This document shows, piece by piece, positions 1 through 8,761 of a DNA stretch of 64,000 nt. The notes under the pieces were generated by a model. That model was not told the DNA's origin and did not search any database. It was given only the letters and a program-made list of their open reading frames with translations. A program made the position numbers and the translations under genes. The DNA comes from an uncultured delta proteobacterium (lineage in GTDB: Bacteria > Desulfobacterota > RBG-13-43-22): assembly GCA_963790475.1 (NCBI GenBank), contig CAWBOS010000010.1, forward strand, positions 288,001 through 352,000, written 5' to 3'. Within the stretch, counting starts at the first letter, position 1; every line of letters starts with the position of its first letter.

Positions 1-5
1 TCCCC

Positions 6-932
6 ATGATGCGCCGGGACCTTTTGCCGCGGAAAAGATACCTGATGGACTCCATCTTCACTACCCGAGGTTGTCCGAATTTCTGCCGCTTCTGCCCGGT
101 TACACCCATATTCGGCCCCCAGATCCGTCACCGCCCCATAGACCAGGTTGTGGCGGAGGTGGAGACCCTGCGAAAATATTATTTCAACGTGGACGACAGC
201 GTTTTCGGCCATCCTCAACTGGTGGAACGGCCCGAAGAAAACCGCTACTATCTGGATCTTTACGGCGAACTGGCCCGGTTGAAAACCAAGAGACTGTGGA
301 GCGGGGCCGGTGGTCTTTCGGCGATAAATTACAAGGACGGCCGGAGGATTATCGAATTGGCGGTCGAAAGCGGTTTGTGCTCCATCGCCGCTGGCCTGGA
401 GTCGCTGACCTGTCCGGGTCAAAAACAGTCCGGCGCCTGGCGCAAGCTTCATTTCACCTCACCCGATGTCTTTGATGAGCGCACCTTGAAAGAGGATATC
501 CGGACCTTTCAGGGGCTGGGAATAGAGATTATGGCTTTCTTCGTGGTCGGTTGGGATGAAGACACCCTGGAAACCTATCAACGTACCCTCGATTTTTGTG
601 ATGAAATGAAAATTATGCCGATGATCCTGACCTTGGCCCCTATGCCGGGAAGCCCGATCTATGAGGAGTATTTGGCCCAAGGCCGGATCCTCACCGAACT
701 CCCCTGGGACCGCTACGGCGGGGAAGCGGTTGTCTTCCGGCATCCCACCATGAGCCCCGAACAAATGCAGGATGAAAATAACCGGGTCATGCAGGAAGGG
801 TTTACTTGGGGAAGGATCTTATCCCGGACCTGGCATACCTTCAGACACCGTCCTGCCCTGGGGGTGGGGATGAATTCATTTTTTACCCAGTTGGGCATGA
901 AGAAGGCATTCAAATACCGTTTGGGGAAATAG
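6..932 (+). CDS. Radical SAM protein, probably B12-binding class; N-terminus lies outside the window
   Basis: TRGCPNFCRFC (CxxxCxxC), FNVDD, GLES and PMPGSP motifs; the frame is open to the window edge. Confidence 0.85.
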   Translation: MMRRDLLPRKRYLMDSIFTTRGCPNFCRFCPVTPIFGPQIRHRPIDQVVAEVETLRKYYFNVDDSVFGHPQLVERPEENRYYLDLYGELARLKTKRLWSGAGGLSAINYKDGRRIIELAVESGLCSIAAGLESLTCPGQKQSGAWRKLHFTSPDVFDERTLKEDIRTFQGLGIEIMAFFVVGWDEDTLETYQRTLDFCDEMKIMPMILTLAPMPGSPIYEEYLAQGRILTELPWDRYGGEAVVFRHPTMSPEQMQDENNRVMQEGFTWGRILSRTWHTFRHRPALGVGMNSFFTQLGMKKAFKYRLGK

Positions 933-1064
933 AAAAACTCTTCGATCCTGATAAATAATCTGCCGATAATCCGGAAGGCTGCTGTTCAGTTTTATAATAA
1001 TTCACTTGCGTCCTAATTGTAACCGGTTGACCTTAAGCTAATAACTCTCGGGTGGAGTTGATTG

Positions 1065-1093
1065 TTGCAAAAGCTAACTTTTTCCGTTACGAT
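1065..1093 (+). promoter_or_regulatory. Sigma70-like promoter for hicBA
   Basis: TTGCAA-17 nt-TACGAT; a homologous copy lies at 1852-1880. Confidence 0.55.
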
Positions 1094-1158
1094 AAGTGCA
1101 AAAGTTATTGAAGCCAAAACGGATTTTCCATTTGAATAAATAAAGGTTAGGGGGGGGT

Positions 1159-1458
1159 ATGCCGAGAAAATTTACCGCAATCGTTCGCAGAAGCAAGCTG
1201 GAATACGTAGCCGTGTGTTTGGAATTGAATGTGGCCGCCAGGGGGGATAATCTCGCCGAGGTGGAGAGGAATCTCAAGGAAGCCATTGAGTTATATCTTT
1301 CTGATTTGAAGGATCATCAGGAAACAGTTGTTGAACCCATGGCCATTGAAGAGTTTATCGAATTTTTAAGGGATACGGAACCTGACTGGGTTAAAGAGCC
1401 AGAGAATGGTTTTATTCTGAAGCCGTTAGAGATCCACGAGGTCCCATCCTATGTCTAA
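1159..1458 (+). CDS. hicB: HicB-family antitoxin
   Basis: YVAVCLELNVAARGDNLAEVERNLKEAIELYL is the HicB N-terminal signature. Confidence 0.8.
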   Translation: MPRKFTAIVRRSKLEYVAVCLELNVAARGDNLAEVERNLKEAIELYLSDLKDHQETVVEPMAIEEFIEFLRDTEPDWVKEPENGFILKPLEIHEVPSYV

Positions 1459-1702
1459 TTTCCCGGCCTTGTCCAGCAAGGAATTATTGAAGCTTCTTGA
1501 AAAAGGCGGGGCCGATTTTGTTCGCCAGGGATCAACCGATCATGCCATATATGCCAGGATAGTTGAGGAAATTGAAAAGTTGATTATTAAGAAATCTGGT
1601 TCGCTTTTGGTTTCCGAACCTCATGAACAATTCACGCCCTTGATAAAAATCAAAAGAGAAACTCAAAAACACAAGAAGTCGAATAAAACCGGGAGTAAGT
1701 AA
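1451..1702 (+). pseudogene. hicA: HicA-family toxin, N-terminal half only, with an unrelated tail
   Basis: PALSSKELLKLLEKGG-FVRQGSTDHAIY matches HicA; similarity is lost after about residue 39; overlaps the hicB stop. Confidence 0.6.
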
Positions 1703-1851
1703 TGGCCGTGAAACCTTCATAGATGGCAGTTTCCCCCCCAGAGAAGATCTGTTGGAATGAAATCCTCTGGATGCATCCTAGTCCCCCATTTCTTCTGTCC
1801 CCAATGGAACCAGTTGACCTTATTTCGTAACGTTAAGGACGGAAGTGATTG

Positions 1852-1880
1852 TTGCAAAAGGGAATGGTTTTCGTTACTAT
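1852..1880 (+). promoter_or_regulatory. Sigma70-like promoter for the tandem selenoprotein genes
   Basis: TTGCAA-17 nt-TACTAT. Confidence 0.6.
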
Positions 1881-1948
1881 AAACAAAAAAAATTTATGAT
1901 CCGGAATAATTTTTCAGCGTTCGGGAAAAAATTCAAAACGAGGTGGGT

Positions 1949-2425
1949 ATGACTCCAGAAGAAATGCGATTAAGGGCCCGGGAACTTTTTCTAAAACGAT
2001 TTCATTGAAGCCAGGCGGTCCTGGCCGTGGGTCAGGAAAAGATGAATAGGGTGAACGAAGAAGTCATCAAGGCCGTGGGGGCCCTTGGCGGGGGGATCGC
2101 CAGCACCGGCCGGGTTTGCGGTGCCTTGCTGGGTGGAGTGGCCTTTATTTCCAGCCTGTACAGTCGGGGTAACTTGGAAGAGAAAGAAAATCCCAACATG
2201 TATCGGCTAAGCTATAAATTGTCCAAAAAATTCGAGGAATTCACCAGGGAATTTGGAAGCGTCAATTGCTCGGATATCGCCCGGGTGAATTGGGCCGACA
2301 GGGAACAAGTTAAAACATTTTATAATCACCCCGACAGTCGTCATCATTTCTGTATCAAGGTAGTTGAGGATACCGCTTTTGCCTTGGGAGAGATTTTGGA
2401 ACAAGCCGAGAGGGAAAATAAGTAG
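1949..2425 (+). CDS. C-GCAxxG-C-C family redox protein, probable selenoprotein (Sec at TGA 2006-2008), copy 1
   Basis: GAGGTG RBS then ATG 1949 in frame with ORF 2027; MTPEEMRLRARELFLKRFH-UGA-SQAVLAVG...GGG...VCGALLGG...NC...C; TGA falls at the family's first conserved Cys. Confidence 0.85.
2019..2037 (+). promoter_or_regulatory. Candidate bacterial SECIS hairpin, copy 1
   Basis: TCCTGGCC-GTG-GGTCAGGA stem (one G-U pair) starting 11 nt after UGA; identical in copy 2. Confidence 0.7.
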
Positions 2426-2480
2426 CCATTATGTTGTATAGATTTTCCAGTATCGAAAATAAAAGAAAAATGAGGTGGGT

Positions 2481-2957
2481 ATGACTCGAGAAGAAATGCG
2501 ACAAAGGGCCAGGGAATATTTTCAAAATCGTTTTCATTGAAGCCAGGCGGTCCTGGCCGTGGGTCAGGAAAAGATGAACATCCGGAATGAATCGCTGATC
2601 AAAGCCATGGGCGGTTTGGGGGGGGGTATAGCCGCCGACAGCCGTGGGATATGTGGGGCCTTGCTAGGGGGTGTGGCCTTTATCTCCAGCCTTTACGGCC
2701 GGGGTAATCCGGACGAGAAGGAACAATCCCGGTTGTGGCGTTTAAGGCAAAAGCTGGCCGAAAAATTTGAGGATCTTACCAAGGAATATGGAGGGATCTA
2801 TTGCTCTAATATCGCGCGGGTGAATTTTTTGGACCGAGAGCAGGTTAAGGCCTTTCGTAAAAATCCCGACAGCCGCCGGCAGCATTGTGTTCGAGTGGTG
2901 GAAGAAACAGCGGTTGCCTTGGGGGAGATTTTGGACGAAGCGGAAAGTAAAAGCTGA
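2481..2957 (+). CDS. C-GCAxxG-C-C family redox protein, probable selenoprotein (Sec at TGA 2538-2540), copy 2
   Basis: GAGGTG RBS, ATG 2481, MTREEMRQRAREYFQNRFH-UGA-SQAVLAVG...ICGALLGG...YC...HC; same codon-20 TGA as copy 1. Confidence 0.85.
2551..2569 (+). promoter_or_regulatory. Candidate bacterial SECIS hairpin, copy 2
   Basis: Same TCCTGGCCGTGGGTCAGGA hairpin at the same distance from UGA. Confidence 0.7.
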
Positions 2958-2963
2958 CCAGAC

Positions 2964-3446
2964 ATGTTGAATTTCAATCTAACTCCCGATCAATTGGAGC
3001 TTCGCCAAAAAGCCAGGACCTTTGCCCTCCAAGAGGTGCTTCCGGTCTCCTGGCAATATGATGAAAAGGACGCGACACCTCTCTTCCTATTGAAGAAGGC
3101 CTTTGAAGCCGGTCTGACGAACGGCGATATCCCTAAAGAATACGGTGGCCGGGGGGCCGGTCTGGTCGAGGCCGCCCTGGTCACCGAAGAGATTGCTGCC
3201 GCCCGTCCGGGAATCGCCACCTCCCTGTTTGATAATTCCCTGGGGCTGAGGCCCTTGATCCTTTCCCATAATGAGCCCCTTAAAGAAAAAATCCTTTCCA
3301 AGATCGCCTGAGAGTTCCAACTCATTTGCTTTGCCACATCCGAACCGACTACGGGATCGGATGTGGCCGCTATGCAATGCCGGGCCGCAAAAGAGGGAGA
3401 TGATTATATCCTCAACGGTACCAAATACTGGGTGACGAATGCCGGG
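2964..3446 (+). pseudogene. Acyl-CoA dehydrogenase fragment with an internal stop and 3' truncation
   Basis: ACAD N-terminus; after TGA 3309-3311 the same frame continues [15 protein letters not shown]...[12 protein letters not shown], then homology ends. Confidence 0.85.
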
Positions 3447-3722
3447 CAGGGATTGGTAGCAAGAAAAAAGCAGTCAGGTGCTTTCAAAAAACCACGGTTC
3501 TCCTGGAGAAGTTTGGCTTTCAACCCTTAGTCGAAGCGCTCGACAATAAGGAATTTAATTGACTTTTTGATTGTGGAAGGATAAAAATTCCTATGTAATA
3601 TTAAGCTGTTTTATTGCTGCAACCCTTAAATTAAGAAGTGTCAATGGTATAAATAAAGACCCCATTTCTTAAAAGAGAGGTGCGGTTTTTTGTTTAACTC
3701 AACTACAAGGGGGGGTCCGGTT

Positions 3723-4088
3723 ATGAAAAAAATTTTTCTTGTCTTGGCTTTAGTCCTTTTGTCTTTAACACTTCTTTCCTGTGACAGCGGGGACTCATCG
3801 TCTGGTGGTGAGGGCAGTCATCAGATAACTTATCAAGTTACGGGGTCAGCCTCGGCTGTTTTTATCACCTTATTAACTCCAGGCGCCGTGACGGCTCAAT
3901 TTTCGGGAGTTACTCCTCCATGGAGCGTAAATTATACTTTAACGTCGGGGTTTTTTCTCTATATCAGCGCGCAAAATCAAACCAGTTCAGGGTCCGTTAC
4001 TGTAAGTATTTATGAGGATGGCAATTTGTTAAAGCAATCATCATCAAGCGGCGCCTTTGTGACGGCCACCGCTTCGGGTACGTTGTGA
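3723..4088 (+). CDS. Secreted lipoprotein, MmpS-like beta domain
   Basis: MKK + hydrophobic stretch + LLSC lipobox; ITYQVTGS...PWS...SVTVSIYEDG pattern. Confidence 0.65.
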   Translation: MKKIFLVLALVLLSLTLLSCDSGDSSSGGEGSHQITYQVTGSASAVFITLLTPGAVTAQFSGVTPPWSVNYTLTSGFFLYISAQNQTSSGSVTVSIYEDGNLLKQSSSSGAFVTATASGTL

Positions 4089-4166
4089 AAGACATACGGG
4101 GGGATAGGCCGACGGGGTGAAAACGGGAACCCTCACCCGCTTCCCCCAAAAGAATAATGAGGCGCC

Positions 4167-4592
4167 TTGAGAGGGAAGGGCGAAATGCCAAGAATGAAAC
4201 CAGTTGAAGTGGACCCCAAAATAATTTCCTCAAGTAAAGGAAAGAAAATATTCAAACAATCAAAAAAGCGGTTAGACGAATACCAAATTGAGCGAGTTAA
4301 GAATTCCTTCAGGAATAAGAAAGGCGGACCTTGGCCGGATTTTGCTTTCAATTTTATAATCTATTTTCTTGTTGAATATGCGAAGGAAAATTCAAGAAAA
4401 CCGCATTATGGCTTAATAGCAAGTTTTCTTTCTGAGAAAGGTGTTGTTGATGGGGTAAACATTGAGAAACGATATAAAGGTATAGACCGGAACAAATTAT
4501 GGGTTCTTTATAATCGACTACGTATTTTTGAGCAAGAATACTTTGACAGATTATTTCAATACGGTGAACTTTCCCCACTTCTTGAAAAATGA
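4167..4592 (+). CDS. Hypothetical island protein
   Basis: 141-aa basic ORF, no recognisable motif. Confidence 0.45.
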   Translation: MRGKGEMPRMKPVEVDPKIISSSKGKKIFKQSKKRLDEYQIERVKNSFRNKKGGPWPDFAFNFIIYFLVEYAKENSRKPHYGLIASFLSEKGVVDGVNIEKRYKGIDRNKLWVLYNRLRIFEQEYFDRLFQYGELSPLLEK

Positions 4593-4786
4593 TTTCCGAA
4601 ACGAATGTCAGCCCCAGTTTGTTGATTTTTATCATCCTTCCTGGAAAAAGCGGAAACTTCCCAAATAGATAATATCCCCCGTGCCCACCAAAAAAATACC
4701 CCCAAAATCTCAGGTTAGGCCGTGCTCTTTGTCTATCCTTCGGTTATCCTGAATTGATAATTTAGGATAAATTAGGAAGATTTCAG

Positions 4787-4996
4787 ATGGAAAATATTGA
4801 AAGGTTATTTAAGGAACTCCCCCCTGTTGTTTTCAGAAATAACCCCCGTTTTAGGGAATATTTTGGGGTTTCCCCCCGAACTATCTTGAACCTTGAAAAT
4901 CTTGGGCGAGGGCCGGAAAGGGTAAAGATAGGGGGTTTAGTAGGGTATCCAAGGGAGGGGTTGATTAAATGGATGTCTGGGCGGACTTCTTTCTGA
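4787..4996 (+). CDS. AlpA/excisionase-like small DNA-binding protein
   Basis: GVSPRTILNLENLGRGPERVKIGGLVGYPREGLIKW winged-HTH pattern; island context. Confidence 0.65.
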   Translation: MENIERLFKELPPVVFRNNPRFREYFGVSPRTILNLENLGRGPERVKIGGLVGYPREGLIKWMSGRTSF

Positions 4997-5040
4997 GGTT
5001 AGGCTGAGGAAATCAAGGGTGAACCAATATTCCGTCAAGG

Positions 5041-6750
5041 TGGACCACTGCTTTCACCGCCTACACATACTATCTTCACCATAACAATGGAGATGGGATT
5101 CAGGGAATAGGCTTTGTTGTATCGGCTGCTGATTCGTATGTCGGTATCGATTTGGACCATTGCCGAGATCCTGAAACCGGGGAAATCCAGTGGCGGACGG
5201 AAGATATTATTAAAAGGCTAAATAGTTATAGGGAGATTAGCCCTTCCAGAGCCGGGGTTCGAATATCTGTTAAGGGAAAAATGCCCGGTCCTGCAAAGAA
5301 AAAAGGAGACTTTGAGATGTATGAACAGGGGCGTTTTCTAACCTGTACGGGAGATCATATTGAGGGAACGTCACTTGTGATTGAACATCGGCAAGACGAA
5401 ATTAACGAGATTCACAGACAGATTTTCGGCAAAGAAAAAAATCAAGAACCTACCCCCACACCGATTCGTCCGAGCCTATCTCTTAGTGATGATGAAATCA
5501 TAACAAGGGCCAGGAACGCAAAGAACGGCGACACTATTTAATCAATTATATGGGGGAGACCATAGTGGTTATCCTTCACATTCGGAGGCCGACCTTGCCT
5601 TGATATCCCTGCTTGGGTTCTATGTTCAGGACCCCAACATACTGGACCGCCTTTTTCAGCCTTTTTCGTTCAAGTGGTTTGATAAGGGATAAGTGGGATC
5701 GATCTGCTGGGCAAGGGAAAACTTACGGACAAGCCGACATTGAAAAAGTACTGTCAGGGGTTCGAGAAACCTATCGGGGGTCTCGTATTCAGGTTGAACC
5801 AGGGACACCCCAAAAGGAGCCGGAGCCCATATCAACATCCAGTGGGGGTCTTGAGTTTCCATCGGAGAGTATGAGTGGTGTGGCCGGAGAGTTTGCAAAA
5901 ATTTATTCATCTGTTTTAGAAGTTCCAGTTCATTTCTTTTTTATGTCCTTTTTGTCCTGCCTGGGTGCCATCTTATCAGACCGAATAAGGCTTAACACCG
6001 AACTCGATACACAACCGCGCCTTTATGCAATTCCCTTGGGGGAAAGTGGCGATGACCGTAAATCCACGGCCATAAGTAAAACGATTTCATTCTTCCAAGA
6101 TGTCTTGTCGGACTCCCCTGTTTGTTGGGGGAGTAGGTAGTGCCGAGGGGCTACAAAAGCGGATGGGTGAAGGTGATATTCCGGGTGGGACAAAAAAACC
6201 GCTTCTCTGTTTTGACGAGTTTAAATCCTTTGTCTCCAAGTGAAAAATTGAAGCAAGTGTTCTTCCCCTTTGTATCAATACCCTCTTTGAATCAAACCGA
6301 TATGAGAGCCAAACGAAGAAAACGGATATCCGGCATGAAAATGCACACCTGTCTATTTTGGCCGCCAGCACCATTCAGACCTGTGAACGGACATGGGATT
6401 CCTCTTTCTCGGATATTGGTTTTAATAACCGGTTATTTCTTGTTCCCGGAAGCGGTCAGAAAAATATTCCTTCCCCGAAAGAATAGAAGAGAGCGAAAAA
6501 TCCAGGCTAAAGAATCGGCTCGTTTCCCTTTTAAGGCAATTCAACGAACACCCTGAGCTTGATATTACCCCAGAAGCAAGGGTGCTTTATGATACCTGGT
6601 ACATGGATTTAGAGCGCTCCATCCATTCTAAACGGTTAGACACCCATGCCATTAGGTTTATGTCTATCTTTGCTGTGAATGAGGGAAAGAAAGGAATTGA
6701 CGAGAATGTGATTCAAAAAGTCATTCATTTAATGGATTGGCTGATTTGAC
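5041..6750 (+). pseudogene. Fragmented primase-polymerase (NrS-1-like prim-pol) with a DUF3987-like replication domain
   Basis: GIGFVV...VGIDLDHC, EISPS, EMYEQGRFLTCTG, SEADLAL, FRSSGLIRDKW, GESGDDRKS spread over several frames with stops. Confidence 0.7.
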
Positions 6751-6795
6751 ATAAAAAAAAGAGTTAACTTTTTTTGCTAACCCTTTGTTTTATCG

Positions 6796-6870
6796 TGGTA
6801 GGCGGTACTGGATTTGAACCAGTGACTTCCACCGTGTGAGGATGGCACTCTACCGCTGAGTTAACCGCCC
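6796..6870 (-). tRNA. tRNA-Val (anticodon CAC)
   Basis: Reverse complement GGGCGGTTAACTCAGCGGTAGAGTGCCATCCT-CAC-ACGGTGGAAGTCACTGGTTCAAATCCAGTACCGCCTACCA; cloverleaf, TTC arm, encoded CCA. Confidence 0.97.
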
Positions 6871-7071
6871 GAAACTATTATTCTCATTATTAATCAATAT
6901 TGAAATTTTTTTCAAGAGGAAAATTCAGTTGAGGGAAACACTGTTGAGCCGGCCAACTTTTCCCTTGACAACTTGAAGGGTTATTTTATAAGCAAGAAGA
7001 AATTCATTAAGGAATAAGCCAGAATCGGCTGAAGGAAGAAAAGTGAAAAAGGCCTATCCGGGATCATAAGA

Positions 7072-8664
7072 ATGAAATCCGTGAAGAAAACCCATCAACC
7101 CCAACCCAAGCCTGAAAAAGCCTTATCGTTAGGGTTACGGCGCTACCTGTATATCACCGCGACCGTCTCCGGCGCGGCGGTGCTTATCGTTGAAATCCTC
7201 GGGGCCAAGATGCTCTCGCCGTTTTTCGGCACTTCGCACTTTGTCTGGACAGCGCAAATTGCGGTGACGCTGGTATCCTTGGCCATCGGTTATTGGTTCG
7301 GCGGCTGGCTGGTGGACCGATCAAAGCGATTGAACCGGCTCTATATCTGCATTTTGATCGGAGCCGTATATTTGTGCCTGACGGTGCCGCTCTGCCGGCC
7401 GGTGGCCGAACGTTGCCTCGAACTGAGGCTGGCTCTGGGGTCCCTGGTGGCCTCCCTATTTTTGTTTTTTGTTCCCCTGGCCTTACTAGCCACAGTGGGG
7501 CCATTTTTGGTTCGGGTGATGACCGCCTCCATGAACGTCGTCGGCAGCCAGGTGGGCCGGTTAACGGCCATCGGCACGGCCGGAAGTGTGGGCGGAACGA
7601 TATTGATCAGTTACGCCCTGATTCCTTTCCTGCCCAATTCAGTGACCATGCTCTGCACGGTCGCGATACTTTTGGTGCTGGTGTCCGTTTATTTTATTCT
7701 GTGGGGTAAGGCATCAGGCATGGTGGGGATGGCTGTGATCGTTTCCTTGGCCGGATTGGGGATAGGGTGGTGGGGGGTCGGCCTGGATTCCCGCATTCGC
7801 GTCCCAGGCATCGTCGAACTGGAGCGGCGAAATTCTCATTTCGGACTGATGCAGGTTTTGGCCGGGACAAACCCGGCGCACCGGTATTTTTTCAATGATT
7901 ATCTCTGCCAGAACGGTTTTGATCCGGCGACGAAGCAGAGTATTCACACCTTCACTTACCTGCTGAAAGGCTTGGCCAACGCCTATACGGAGAAGATCAA
8001 GGATGCGCTGTGCATCGGTATGGGGGTGGGAATCGTGCCCATGCAACTGGCAGGCGAAGGGGTGAAAGTGGACGTTGTGGAAATCAACCCGGCGGTGGTT
8101 CCCCTGGCCAAACGATACTTTGAATTCGATCCCGGACGAGTGAACCTGTTTATAGACGACGGCCGTCATTTCCTGAATGATTGCCAGCGGCGCTATGATA
8201 CGATCCTTCTCGACGCCTTCCTGGGTGACTCCTCTCCCTCACATCTGATGACCCGAGAGGCGTTCACGGCTATGCGCGCGGTGCTTAAACCGGGGGGTAC
8301 CCTGGTTATCAACACCTTCGGCAATTTGAATCCCGGTCAGGATTTTTCCACGGCATCGTTGGAGAAAACACTGCGGGCGGTTTTCAAGAGTGTGAAACTC
8401 CATGCCGAGGACCAAGACGGGAACATATTTTTTGTAGCTTCAGACCGCAATGAGCTGACGATCCTGCACGAACCCGATCAAACCGGCGTTCACCCCTCCG
8501 TCGCCGGTCGAGTGAAAGCGGCCTTTGACGGTCAGGTCCAGTCGGATCCAAATCACGGACGGGTATTAACTGATGATTTCAACCCGGTTGAATACTATGA
8601 TGCCCCCAATCGGGAAAAGCTCAGGCGACAACTGGCCTTGGTCATGAACCCCTCCACCCGCTGA
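7072..8664 (+). CDS. Fused membrane/spermidine synthase-like SAM-dependent protein
   Basis: N-terminal TM helices (EILGAKMLSPFFGTS); IGMGVG, VEINPAVV, DDGR, DAF motifs. Confidence 0.9.
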   Translation: MKSVKKTHQPQPKPEKALSLGLRRYLYITATVSGAAVLIVEILGAKMLSPFFGTSHFVWTAQIAVTLVSLAIGYWFGGWLVDRSKRLNRLYICILIGAVYLCLTVPLCRPVAERCLELRLALGSLVASLFLFFVPLALLATVGPFLVRVMTASMNVVGSQVGRLTAIGTAGSVGGTILISYALIPFLPNSVTMLCTVAILLVLVSVYFILWGKASGMVGMAVIVSLAGLGIGWWGVGLDSRIRVPGIVELERRNSHFGLMQVLAGTNPAHRYFFNDYLCQNGFDPATKQSIHTFTYLLKGLANAYTEKIKDALCIGMGVGIVPMQLAGEGVKVDVVEINPAVVPLAKRYFEFDPGRVNLFIDDGRHFLNDCQRRYDTILLDAFLGDSSPSHLMTREAFTAMRAVLKPGGTLVINTFGNLNPGQDFSTASLEKTLRAVFKSVKLHAEDQDGNIFFVASDRNELTILHEPDQTGVHPSVAGRVKAAFDGQVQSDPNHGRVLTDDFNPVEYYDAPNREKLRRQLALVMNPSTR

Positions 8665-8761
8665 AGTTGTCCTATCCATCGGAAAATTTTTCTCATTCTC
8701 CCAAAAGACAATTTGTTTCGTTTTGGTTTTTCTTGATGATTTGATAGAGATCAAAACCCTT

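Larger units (their letters stand above)
3450..6795. mobile_element. Decayed tRNA-adjacent island (phage-satellite/IME-like); boundaries approximate
   Basis: AT-rich; AlpA-like gene and fragmented primase; abuts the tRNA-Val 3' end; no integrase visible. Confidence 0.6.

Noticed and set aside
3309-3311. In-frame TGA in the acyl-CoA dehydrogenase as selenocysteine
   Set aside because: Not a conserved Cys position as far as I can tell, no hairpin like the neighbouring SECIS, and the gene is truncated anyway; a nonsense mutation is simpler
3454-3459. TGGTAG as a distal att copy of the tRNA-Val 3' end
   Set aside because: Only 6 bp match; expected by chance
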